Part shown: in pieces, positions 36,694 through 45,809 of the stretch
Position numbering within the stretch: the stretch's first letter is position 1
Layout of the letters: each line of letters begins with the position of its first letter
DNA from: an uncultured virus (IMG/VR IMGVR_UViG_3300031760_000031)
Lineage: Duplodnaviria; Heunggongvirae; Uroviricota; Caudoviricetes
IMG/VR virus record: IMGVR_UViG_3300031760_000031
Reading direction: 5' to 3' (one strand)
Length of the DNA stretch: 64,000 nucleotides
Notes under the pieces: generated by a model
Database searches by the model: none
Seen by the model: the letters and a program-made list of their open reading frames with translations, nothing else
Told to the model about the DNA's origin: nothing
Translations under genes and position numbers: made by a program

Positions 36694-37825
36694 CAGTTTC
36701 AGCTCCTTTCTCTTCTTTCCATATTCGAACAAACGGTTCGTGCTTAAAATTATCACCTAAAAGTGTATCCATTCGGTCATCGCCTACAACATCAAAAAAC
36801 TCTCCAGGTTCAGGAATTCTATTAAGTGTTACGTCTGCAATTCCATATTTTTTAAAAGTATCTAAAGCTATAACTTTATAAACTTTTTTGTTATCATATG
36901 GATTCTCAACATGTACTAAATATTCATCCCATCTATCCTTTGGAGGTGTGTAGGTGAATTTCAATTGATCAATATTCCTAATTTTTTCCACCGGGATTTT
37001 TTCCATATCGAGATCTAGTTTTATTGAGTTCGTATCGTTAAGTCCCAGTTCCCTAAATACAGGAATATCAGTACAAATAATAGGCGTATTTCGCAATAAA
37101 GCTTCAACAACAGACAAACAAAAACCCTCATTATCTGAGAGCTGAATATAAGCATCAAACATTCCGAGCTTATCTGTTATGTCTAGCCGAGGTTCACAGA
37201 ATATCATATTCTTCCTTGGTTTTAGTCCATGCTTAGCCCTATAGTCTGTATCTGTAAAGATGAGCCATGTGTAATTCACATTGTTTTCATCAAGAATATC
37301 AGCTAATTTTAGCATTCTCTCCCAGCCTTTTTCTCTAGTTAATCTGGTAGCAGATCCAAATAATAATGGTCGTTCGCAGTCCTCTAAAACCACAGGTTCA
37401 TATACATTTTCTGCATCAAAACTGGTAATCTTTTTCCAGGAATCACATACAGTTTGAGAAACTCCAATATACTTATCAATTCGATCGTCAATTGGAAGAG
37501 AATTTCTAGTGATTTGACCCCTATCAAGCATGTCACTATAATCACCATGTAAAACTAAAATTTTTTCTTTCGCTTCACACTGATTCAGGATTTCTCGGTT
37601 GAAGCAGCAGAATAATTTTTCACAGATTACCTTGTCTTCAGCTTTTAATTGCTTGCAGCGAAACGTTTGTTTTAAACGATCAATTTGAGTTTGATCACCG
37701 TTTTTATAAAAAATAGTAATGTCGAGATCACCGTATTTTTTAGAAATATAGTATAGATGCGATTCAATTCCACCGATCTTATTCAGGAAGCCAAAGTAAT
37801 ATGCATTAGTGCATTTGTAAATCAT
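36683..37825 (-). CDS. glycosyltransferase, GT-B fold (GT4-like)
   Basis: GGIES, RLTREKG, SDNEGFCLSVVEAL...TPIICTD. Confidence 0.85.
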   Translation of the reverse strand: MIYKCTNAYYFGFLNKIGGIESHLYYISKKYGDLDITIFYKNGDQTQIDRLKQTFRCKQLKAEDKVICEKLFCCFNREILNQCEAKEKILVLHGDYSDMLDRGQITRNSLPIDDRIDKYIGVSQTVCDSWKKITSFDAENVYEPVVLEDCERPLLFGSATRLTREKGWERMLKLADILDENNVNYTWLIFTDTDYRAKHGLKPRKNMIFCEPRLDITDKLGMFDAYIQLSDNEGFCLSVVEALLRNTPIICTDIPVFRELGLNDTNSIKLDLDMEKIPVEKIRNIDQLKFTYTPPKDRWDEYLVHVENPYDNKKVYKVIALDTFKKYGIADVTLNRIPEPGEFFDVVGDDRMDTLLGDNFKHEPFVRIWKEEKGAETDEI

Positions 37826-38460
37826 TCATCGATCAGTCCCTTCTTAAATAAATCTATGATGGAACCTTCTCTTGGATAGTTGTAATTATATGCAACTTTA
37901 TTTGTGTAATGAATTGTTCCGCCACGTTTATCTAATTCTTCTTGAATGTCTATATTCAAAGAATAACCAGATCCTTGTTTTCTATTTGGGTATCTATGAT
38001 CACCAATGAGTTCTCTATTTATCAGCACACAATGGTCCATCATAGAAAAGCGTGTTTCTGGTTTTGATTTCCAAATATCACCATTATTAATTCGAAGATC
38101 GAAGTAAACAAGGTCTGCGACCAATTCATTATCTAAAATATCTTCAAATACATCTGTTACATATGAATCATCTGAATCAAGAATAGTTACATAATCACCA
38201 GAAGCAATATCTAAAGCTTCATTTCTGGACAATGCAACACCAATATTTTCATCATTGTGTATAAATATACATCCTTTATGATCTCGACAATATTTTATTA
38301 ATTCTATTTCAGTTCCATCATCAGAAGCGTCGTCAACTAATATTATTTCAATATCGTCTCTTTCTGGAATAGATGCAAGACAATCAGAAATATATTTAAA
38401 TGTATTATATGCCGCCAAAATAATGGAAACTTTTGGTCTTTTTTCTTGCATTTTTCCCAT
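37822..38460 (-). CDS. glycosyltransferase family 2
   Basis: VSIILAAYN, EIILVDDASDDGT, GVALSRN, LDSDD. Confidence 0.9.
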   Translation of the reverse strand: MGKMQEKRPKVSIILAAYNTFKYISDCLASIPERDDIEIILVDDASDDGTEIELIKYCRDHKGCIFIHNDENIGVALSRNEALDIASGDYVTILDSDDSYVTDVFEDILDNELVADLVYFDLRINNGDIWKSKPETRFSMMDHCVLINRELIGDHRYPNRKQGSGYSLNIDIQEELDKRGGTIHYTNKVAYNYNYPREGSIIDLFKKGLIDE

Positions 38461-38476
38461 CTATTTTGAATTTTCG

Positions 38477-39046
38477 CTATCCAATAGTTACAGTGGTTCC
38501 ATAGGTGTTTGCAGTTTCGACATATGGAATAGCTGCAACTGTCACTTGTGACAAATAGTCATAATTAGCATCCGGTGTGATAACCTGTTCAGATGTTGTA
38601 GGTGTAGCGCTCTTTGCTTGTGCAGTGATTGCTTCGCCTGTGTATGTACCTGTAACCCCTAAAATCTGAACACCGGATTTGATATTACCGGAAATAATTT
38701 TTGCTTGTTCGGTGGAGCTGATACTGACTTTTCCAGAGCCATCATGAAAACCGATCGGAATGGTATACTGTCCAGCCTTCGTAGTGATAGTACCTGTAAC
38801 AGCGCCATTATTTGGCATTGTACCAGTAACTTTGGAACCACTAACATATGCAGTCTTTGTTGCTAAGATTTCATCGGCTGACGCATTTGCATCAGAGGTG
38901 TCCGCATCATACGAACATGTACCAGTAATAATAGTACCAGAACGATCGTGTGCCTTATAGCCACTTAATAAGTGTGCGGCATCAACAGTATCTGATGTGA
39001 GGTCTATCAGTGTTTCACCACCAAATATAACTTTATTAATAGCCAT
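38477..39046 (-). CDS. tail-associated protein
   Basis: NKVIFGGETLIDLTSDTV, GTMPNNG, GFHDGSG, NIKSGV. Confidence 0.7.
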   Translation of the reverse strand: MAINKVIFGGETLIDLTSDTVDAAHLLSGYKAHDRSGTIITGTCSYDADTSDANASADEILATKTAYVSGSKVTGTMPNNGAVTGTITTKAGQYTIPIGFHDGSGKVSISSTEQAKIISGNIKSGVQILGVTGTYTGEAITAQAKSATPTTSEQVITPDANYDYLSQVTVAAIPYVETANTYGTTVTIG

Positions 39047-39048
39047 AA

Positions 39049-40401
39049 TTAAGTTCCTTTCCTGTAATTTTGAGCATTATTAAATAATGATGTGATCCCC
39101 TGCTCAACCCACACACCATTTACTTTTTTATAACCTTTAGTAACTTCTACCCAAGCTCCATTATTTTTCCAATACAAAATATCAACAGATACAGCACCGA
39201 TAGTTACAGCAATTGTAGCATCACTAGTTGTTACGAATGTATACGTATAGTGATCTACACTACCACTTCCTGTTGAATATGTCACAACAAATGTGATTCC
39301 TTCAACCAAGCCACCATAATAACCAACATAATGTCTTAAAGTTATAGTATCTAACTCAGATCTTGTAGGAATATCAGTTGGAGTTAACGTGATCATTGAA
39401 CTATTTGTGCTAGGAAAATCTACTTCTTCACTTATAGGTGTCGATCCTTGATACAAAACACATTGCGATACGTAAGTGGAACTTATTGTATTTGACTCTC
39501 TATGCCCGTAGCACCTGACCTGAATATCTTCTATCGTCGCATTACTTGGAATTGAAGAAAAATCAAAACTATAAGCAGCATAGCCAGTCGAACTACTAGA
39601 CGCATACATATTTCTGCCATCGGCATTAGTGTTTGGGTTTTCTGCAGAATATCCAACGCAGTATGACGCATATGATGATCCGCTCTGAATTCCGCTAGTT
39701 GTGTTGTCAGATGCTGTAAAGTTAGCAGACTGACCTGTTCCATGAGCAACTAATTGATTAGTTACATCTACCCCATCGTGTAACACTGTAACCGGATCTG
39801 ACTTATTAGTTGGAGTAATGGTTAGTTCGTACTCTGTACCTTCTGTAGTATTATAAGTTCCATTTGGATCTATGGTTCCATTTCCTGTAAGAGTTGATGT
39901 TATAACTACTGGATTCGGAATAGTATAGTCTACTTCAATTTCGGCACCATAAATATAAACATATCCGGTAGTATATCTCGAAGCTCGTCTACAGTTTATT
40001 CGAATACCAAAATTCGATCCGTAGCCAATTATATCCTCCCAATCAGCGGATAAGCCAGAAAACGTTAAGACTTTGGCCGTTGTAGTTATTGGATCACAGC
40101 TGCCATTGATAGCAGTTGTACCGTTAGCTAAATACGGTTTATAGGATGTTGAAGTTGATACACCGGATTCCCTTGCTTTTAATTTTATCGTGAACGAATT
40201 AACTACTGCACCGGTTGGAATATCATCAAAATTAAATCCGCGTAAGTAAATATAATATGAAGTTGTTGAAGTTCTCGAGTTCGTTACTGTTGCATAGTCA
40301 TCATCATCAGTATTCTCGTACATACTGGATGCATTTGATACTGATAAATATGAAGTACTTGACAGGTAATAAGTACTCGGGACCAGCCTAATGGTAGCCA
40401 T
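39049..40401 (-). CDS. tail fibre/accessory protein
   Basis: two FDF..IP..A.I beta-sandwich-like repeats, S/T-rich. Confidence 0.65.
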   Translation of the reverse strand: MATIRLVPSTYYLSSTSYLSVSNASSMYENTDDDDYATVTNSRTSTTSYYIYLRGFNFDDIPTGAVVNSFTIKLKARESGVSTSTSYKPYLANGTTAINGSCDPITTTAKVLTFSGLSADWEDIIGYGSNFGIRINCRRASRYTTGYVYIYGAEIEVDYTIPNPVVITSTLTGNGTIDPNGTYNTTEGTEYELTITPTNKSDPVTVLHDGVDVTNQLVAHGTGQSANFTASDNTTSGIQSGSSYASYCVGYSAENPNTNADGRNMYASSSSTGYAAYSFDFSSIPSNATIEDIQVRCYGHRESNTISSTYVSQCVLYQGSTPISEEVDFPSTNSSMITLTPTDIPTRSELDTITLRHYVGYYGGLVEGITFVVTYSTGSGSVDHYTYTFVTTSDATIAVTIGAVSVDILYWKNNGAWVEVTKGYKKVNGVWVEQGITSLFNNAQNYRKGT

Positions 40402-40619
40402 TAGCTAGCCACCTTTAAATAAATATCACCATCAGATCCTAATGATGAGCCAGGTTCGGATGTCCCTGTATAATATGTTACAAAAGAAAGAGTCCCAGTT
40501 ATACGCGTCCCAGATTTATCTGTTGCTGTAACTCCGGAACTAAGATCCGCAGCAGTAACGGTGTCTGATGTAAGATCAATCAATGTAGTCGATCCATATA
40601 TGACTTTATTGATCGGCAT
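40401..40619 (-). CDS. small tail-associated protein
   Basis: N-terminus paralogous to 38477-39046; GSDGDIYL. Confidence 0.7.
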   Translation of the reverse strand: MPINKVIYGSTTLIDLTSDTVTAADLSSGVTATDKSGTRITGTLSFVTYYTGTSEPGSSLGSDGDIYLKVAS

Positions 40620-40624
40620 ATATC

Positions 40625-41032
40625 TTAGACCTCCCCTATATAAAAAGTAGTTCCGTATTCATTACTTGTGCTGAATTTTGGAACTTTATGTACAGTTATG
40701 TCTTTTTTACAATATTTCTTTGCCGTATTTAGAATTGTTTCTTTCTTGACAAAAGGATCTACTTCATACGGTCCTTCGTATATCTCTGCATCGCCAGAAG
40801 TTACTATAATTGCAGTATCTGTTGTGAGATCATACTCGTATATATTAGATTGAATATCAAATTCAAATTCATTTGTACTGTTATCCAACGAAAGTTCAAC
40901 TTCAATTGGCTTTTTAACTTCCTCGTCTGAAGATAAATCTACTTCGTATTGATTAGATAGAATATCTAAACTGAACTCATTTTTACTATTATCTAAAGTA
41001 ATATCTACTTCAATTGGAAGATCTGGAATCAT
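40625..41032 (-). CDS. tail-associated protein with internal duplication
   Basis: PIEV...LDNS.NEF..DI.SN.YE.DL twice; YEGPYEV.P. Confidence 0.7.
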   Translation of the reverse strand: MIPDLPIEVDITLDNSKNEFSLDILSNQYEVDLSSDEEVKKPIEVELSLDNSTNEFEFDIQSNIYEYDLTTDTAIIVTSGDAEIYEGPYEVDPFVKKETILNTAKKYCKKDITVHKVPKFSTSNEYGTTFYIGEV

Positions 41033-41349
41033 TGAAGTATTTCTCCGAGCAAGTTTTGTTTAACGCAAATTCGTTTAATCTCGGAGCATGCTCTCTTTCC
41101 ATCTTCGTAAGTCCAGTTTGCTTGAATATCTAACAGACCCTCTTTAAATTTTAAAGATTCTTCTTGAGAAATATAAACATGAATCTTTTTTGCTTCTATT
41201 GTTAAATCGTCACCGGTTTTTGTGATAGAGGCAGGCTCATACTCTTGCGAAACCTGTGTAAAAGTTACATATACATTTTCTGCTTGAGTCAGATCTACTT
41301 CTTCGTCACGTAAAGTTAATGTAAACGTTGGTGTTGTGCCTCTGATCAT
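41029..41349 (-). CDS. BppU-like baseplate protein
   Basis: MIRGTTPTFTL...YVTFTQ...SQEESL. Confidence 0.6.
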   Translation of the reverse strand: MIRGTTPTFTLTLRDEEVDLTQAENVYVTFTQVSQEYEPASITKTGDDLTIEAKKIHVYISQEESLKFKEGLLDIQANWTYEDGKRACSEIKRICVKQNLLGEILQ

Positions 41350-41385
41350 TTTTAGTAGCTCCTTTCAAAAATATCAATTTATAAA

Positions 41386-41584
41386 TATGAGGAATTTGCT
41401 GTGTGCACTATCTTCCGGATATATGGAATAACCAGATCAGCAAGGTTTTACGGTTTTATAATAAGAAACTGCGCAATGCCGAGCGCCACATATTCGTAAC
41501 GACGAATTGTATGCTCACATTCGGAATTAGTGAGAAATATCTTACCAGACCCGTATGCCATATGGACGAGTCGCCAACCTCATA
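41386..41584 (-). ncRNA. candidate ~200-nt multi-stem ncRNA
   Basis: closing stem TATGAGG/CCTCATA and at least five internal hairpins; G-U pairs favour the minus strand. Confidence 0.6.
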
Positions 41585-41601
41585 CCTTCTAATACAAATT
41601 A

Positions 41602-42000
41602 TTAAGCTACTTCATCCCAGCCGTATACACCTGGTTCCCAAACATTATTCTCTGCGGTTGAGATCCAATGCTTTTCGTTATGAGATACTTTCGCTCCTAA
41701 TGCATAAGCATCTTGTGCACCAACTGGCTGAATCCATTCTGGCCATTCAATTCCTGGGTCATCTACTCTAACAAATAATGAAACTGCCACATCTGGAGTC
41801 CAATCTGATTGAGAAGTATGGGCTTGCAGAACTTTATAGAGTGTATTATTATAACGAATTCTATTACCTACTTCATACTGGTGCTCTGCTTCCCATTTTG
41901 GAAAAGCTTCAATGTGATTTAATGCAGTTTCATCGTCAACAGACGTTGCCATCTGTTCAATAAACTGACGAAATTCAATTGCTTTGTCTTTTATAGCCAT
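41602..42000 (-). CDS. CBM5/12-like carbohydrate-binding protein
   Basis: W...YEVGNRIRYNNTLYKVLQAHTSQ..WTP and Y..GAKVSHN...W. Confidence 0.8.
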   Translation of the reverse strand: MAIKDKAIEFRQFIEQMATSVDDETALNHIEAFPKWEAEHQYEVGNRIRYNNTLYKVLQAHTSQSDWTPDVAVSLFVRVDDPGIEWPEWIQPVGAQDAYALGAKVSHNEKHWISTAENNVWEPGVYGWDEVA

Positions 42001-42006
42001 TTTGAA

Positions 42007-43341
42007 TTATGCCTCCTTGGTTACTGTGTATAATTTATACGTATTTGATGTAGAAGAGAATCTAAAAGAAGAACATTCATCTGGTAAAGTGAAAGTTAAT
42101 GCATAATAGTCAGTATCATCAACAACTCTTCTTTCCATGAAGCCTTTAGTCTTATCTAGCAAGCCTATACAAACATTTCCATTAAACATCTGAATATTAG
42201 TATTATTACCGTTATACTTTGATGCTGATAAAATTTGCCATTCTTTATTTCCGACAGAAGCTACATAATCTGATCCATAATAGGCAGAATTACCTCCATA
42301 GCCGCCAGTACTATCATAATTGCGGCCATTTGCTTTTGTATATTCGATTTCTGTGTATACAGGTGGGTCAGGGATTATAGTTCCATCTGCATAATGTGTT
42401 TCATAGTAGGAACCTTCGATAGGAAGAATTTGATTATTTTCATAGCCAATAATTGTTGACCAATTTGTCGCTGACTGATATCTGCTTATGTATCTACTTG
42501 GAACATATAAAGTTCCGCCGGTTCCTTCAGAAGCAAATGGAGAATTTGCAAACACATTTACACTAGTCAATGATGGAACTGTATTTGTATCGTATGACAA
42601 ATTACGAATAATCAATGTATCAAATAACGTATCGCCGTAAAAACAATTTGTTTCATTGAAATTATACATAGTATACAAATCTAAAGCTTTGAATTCTGGA
42701 CATTGATAAAACATGTTTCCACCCATCCTACAGTTATTAGGGCCGCTATATAATGGTTTGCCCATCACTGGAAGAACTAAATACTGGAGTTTTGTGTTAT
42801 AAAAAAGATTCTGCGAATATATATATCTTAATTTTGGTAATGAAACACTTTCAAGATTTGCGCAATCCCTAAATCCATCTACACCATCGTTGTTATAAAG
42901 CTGCAAATTAGTCAACGACGGAAGCGAAATTGACTTTAATGCTGTGCATCCTTTAAATACTGAAGCTGCTAGTCTAGTAACATTTGGAAAAGATGTTTCT
43001 TCTAAAGATGTGCATCCATTGAATGCATTATCCACAAGATTAGTTACACTATTGGCAATAACGCTCTGTAAACTAGTGCATCCAGTAAATGCATTGCTAC
43101 CTATACTAGTTGCGTTTAATATAATTACGCTTGGAATTTTTGTAAATTTGTAAAAGCTATATGCTTTAATCGTATTAGCATTAATTGTGACTGGTTGTGT
43201 AACACTAGCGCGTTTATTGGCAATAACGTCGGCAGATAATCCTTGATAAACATCAGTCGCATCTATATACGAATACGCAGTACCATCTTCAGCAAAGTAT
43301 GTTCCATTTTCTTTTGGTTTTAAAGACCCAAATGTAGGCAT
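42007..43341 (-). CDS. BspA-type LRR tail-associated protein
   Basis: AF.GCTSL repeats; C-terminal block shared with 30236-31120. Confidence 0.8.
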   Translation of the reverse strand: MPTFGSLKPKENGTYFAEDGTAYSYIDATDVYQGLSADVIANKRASVTQPVTINANTIKAYSFYKFTKIPSVIILNATSIGSNAFTGCTSLQSVIANSVTNLVDNAFNGCTSLEETSFPNVTRLAASVFKGCTALKSISLPSLTNLQLYNNDGVDGFRDCANLESVSLPKLRYIYSQNLFYNTKLQYLVLPVMGKPLYSGPNNCRMGGNMFYQCPEFKALDLYTMYNFNETNCFYGDTLFDTLIIRNLSYDTNTVPSLTSVNVFANSPFASEGTGGTLYVPSRYISRYQSATNWSTIIGYENNQILPIEGSYYETHYADGTIIPDPPVYTEIEYTKANGRNYDSTGGYGGNSAYYGSDYVASVGNKEWQILSASKYNGNNTNIQMFNGNVCIGLLDKTKGFMERRVVDDTDYYALTFTLPDECSSFRFSSTSNTYKLYTVTKEA

Positions 43342-43574
43342 TAGTTATCTCCCATCAGAATATCAAATGCTTCGGCTTTTTCCTTCAGTTCGTCTTCTTC
43401 GGTCTGCTCTTCGAGAGGAATATCCGTCTCAATGTAAGCTCTTCCGAATTCTGCCGGATCAAAGGCTTCTGCATAGTCTCCTTCTGGACTTCCGCCATGA
43501 ATGTAATATCCAGCATCAGAATAAGTTTTTACAAAAGCTTTTCCGTTGATTGTTAAATTTTCTGTTTTAATCAT
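43341..43574 (-). CDS. small tail-associated protein
   Basis: KTYSDAGYYI...Y.EA.D...Y.ETD. Confidence 0.7.
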   Translation of the reverse strand: MIKTENLTINGKAFVKTYSDAGYYIHGGSPEGDYAEAFDPAEFGRAYIETDIPLEEQTEEDELKEKAEAFDILMGDN

Positions 43575-43586
43575 GTCTACTCCTCC

Positions 43587-45809
43587 TCAATCAGTATTTG
43601 AAACTCCTTCATAAATATAATCTTTCTGCTCGTATGAACTTCCTTCTAAAGCTAAAAATTCTATTTGATTGCTGGCAATAAGGGATGACCATACTGTTGC
43701 TGTTTCGTAACTTGGTATTAACGATGATGGCACATAAACTTTAACTGGATTTTCTAGCCCAACTCCAACAAAATTATTATTACCAGACGTTTGCTTGACT
43801 ACCGATGTATTACGAAGAATTAAAACTTCAAGAGCTGCATCATTTGTAAAAATACCGCCAACTGTAATTTCACTGCATCTAATATCAACCAACTTTAAAT
43901 TTGGGCAATTTCTAAATGTATTTTGCCTTGTTATTCCACCAGCATTAGGTAATCTAGCGTACACTAAATTCGGACATTCAGATATAGCATCAGAAACATA
44001 CATACCGACACTCGTTACATTAGATGAATATATTCCGGATATTGCAGTTCCTCTAAGTCCACTCGCACTTAACGCGCCTGTAAATTTTGTTGTATCAATC
44101 TCTGATAAACTTGTGCAACCTTGGAAACAATAGTTCCCAATATTTATTGTTCCTGATATTTCAACTTTCCTTAGTGAAGAGCACCCATAAAAAGCATAAT
44201 CTCCACTAATATTTAATCTATTAGCAGTTATCGTTTCTAATGCTGTACAATTCGCAAAAGAATAGTTATTAATAACTGCGACTGGTGCTGTGAATTCTAT
44301 ACTTTCAACACCGGTATCACCATAGAATGCATGGTCAACTACAGTACCTTCTGTTATAGTAATATCTCCTGAAACAAATTTATTTGCTATATCATCGAAT
44401 GTTGTACTATAAAATGGTAAATTTACAATGACTGGATTATATCCAGCACCGGCTTCTGCAATATACTGACCTTTCTCTGTAATAGTTAATGTCTGTGCTA
44501 CAAATTCTGAAATAATTGTAATACCTTGGTACTTAGCACGAATATTATCTATAAATAATTGAGTACAGTAGTCTAACCCACTAATCCTGCAAATAACCTG
44601 AGCAGTTTCAACGTTATTGCCATTCTCGTCAATACCTTTCATGGTATCAAGTAAACTAATAAAATCATTTACTTCATCCATATCAGCCATTGTAAGGTTC
44701 AAGCCAACAATTCTAACTCGGCTACCGGATGCAATCGTATTGAGAATTGTAACAATAGGCACTGCCGAACTGACATTCTCAAGTCTCAGAGTCGTAATGC
44801 CACTGTAATCTGGCATCGTGAAGTCTGTGATAGATGGTTGATTTCTGATAGTCAAGTTTGCAACGGTCGATGGCAAGTGAATAACTCTCAACACACCACC
44901 ATTCGGCAAAGTGATACCTGTGATACCAGTTCCATCGAAATAGATCTCTTCAATATTCGTACAGCCAGAAATATCAATGGACTGAGTTAAATTTGGACAG
45001 TTCCTTACATCGATTGTCTGAAGCAAAGTATTATTGCCAAGTGTCAATGACGTTAAGTTTGTATTTGTATAACTAGAAGAACTGTCACCAAGCTTAATAT
45101 TTTGTAATCTTGTAGCTAAATGGAAATCTGCAAAACCGACTTTAAAGCCAGATAAATCTCCAACCGAAGACAATTGTGATGCAGAATAAATATAAATTTC
45201 TGTATCGTTGACGTTGTCCAAAGGACAGATTAATGTTGTTGGAACATTTCTCTGACCTCTTGTTTGAACCAAATAAGAGCCATACTTAATTGATGGATAA
45301 ACATCTGCATAAGGTGTTACCGTAATATTGTCCTTCGCATATCCTCTTATCTGAATGACATCGGTTAAAGCATCGCCAGCGTTGTATTTACTATCCAAAT
45401 ATCTAAAACGGTTGTATAGCCACCACTTACGCTGCTCTGACTTTGAACCCTGGAGCATAGGTAAGTATACTCCAGAGCCATCGTCAATCAAAGGTCTAAT
45501 ATATTTAAAATAAGCATCTTCATTAAAAATTGCTTCTGGCCATTTACTCTGATGCTCTTCGAACATCCTCTCGACAACTTCATAAGACAGTTCGCCATCT
45601 GATCGAAGTTGCTGATACATTTCCTTAATATCATCATAAAAAGCAGAACGCATGTTCACCCAAAGGACAGACTGCTGGCCATTATAAACATCAGCGCCGC
45701 CTTCAATGGTATCGATATCTTCGAGATTATAGCTAAATGTCAATGAACCTTCATTGTTGATACCAATTGCGGTATCAAAGTCGTATGGTAAGAATACAAT
45801 CTTTTTCAT
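43587..45809 (-). CDS. C-terminal part of CotH-like kinase domain + LRR protein
   Basis: starts FLPYDFDTAIG (CotH YDxD motif); LRR repeats downstream. Confidence 0.7.
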   Translation of the reverse strand: MKKIVFLPYDFDTAIGINNEGSLTFSYNLEDIDTIEGGADVYNGQQSVLWVNMRSAFYDDIKEMYQQLRSDGELSYEVVERMFEEHQSKWPEAIFNEDAYFKYIRPLIDDGSGVYLPMLQGSKSEQRKWWLYNRFRYLDSKYNAGDALTDVIQIRGYAKDNITVTPYADVYPSIKYGSYLVQTRGQRNVPTTLICPLDNVNDTEIYIYSASQLSSVGDLSGFKVGFADFHLATRLQNIKLGDSSSSYTNTNLTSLTLGNNTLLQTIDVRNCPNLTQSIDISGCTNIEEIYFDGTGITGITLPNGGVLRVIHLPSTVANLTIRNQPSITDFTMPDYSGITTLRLENVSSAVPIVTILNTIASGSRVRIVGLNLTMADMDEVNDFISLLDTMKGIDENGNNVETAQVICRISGLDYCTQLFIDNIRAKYQGITIISEFVAQTLTITEKGQYIAEAGAGYNPVIVNLPFYSTTFDDIANKFVSGDITITEGTVVDHAFYGDTGVESIEFTAPVAVINNYSFANCTALETITANRLNISGDYAFYGCSSLRKVEISGTINIGNYCFQGCTSLSEIDTTKFTGALSASGLRGTAISGIYSSNVTSVGMYVSDAISECPNLVYARLPNAGGITRQNTFRNCPNLKLVDIRCSEITVGGIFTNDAALEVLILRNTSVVKQTSGNNNFVGVGLENPVKVYVPSSLIPSYETATVWSSLIASNQIEFLALEGSSYEQKDYIYEGVSNTD

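Noticed and set aside
41403..41771. 122-aa plus-strand ORF over the structured region
   Set aside because: GTG start without SD, antisense to the CBM gene; the base-pairing pattern explains the region better.
30236..43341. Diversity-generating retroelement from the repeated LRR C-termini or RBP paralogues
   Set aside because: No reverse transcriptase in the window; differences are mostly synonymous and not adenine-specific; both copies are coding.
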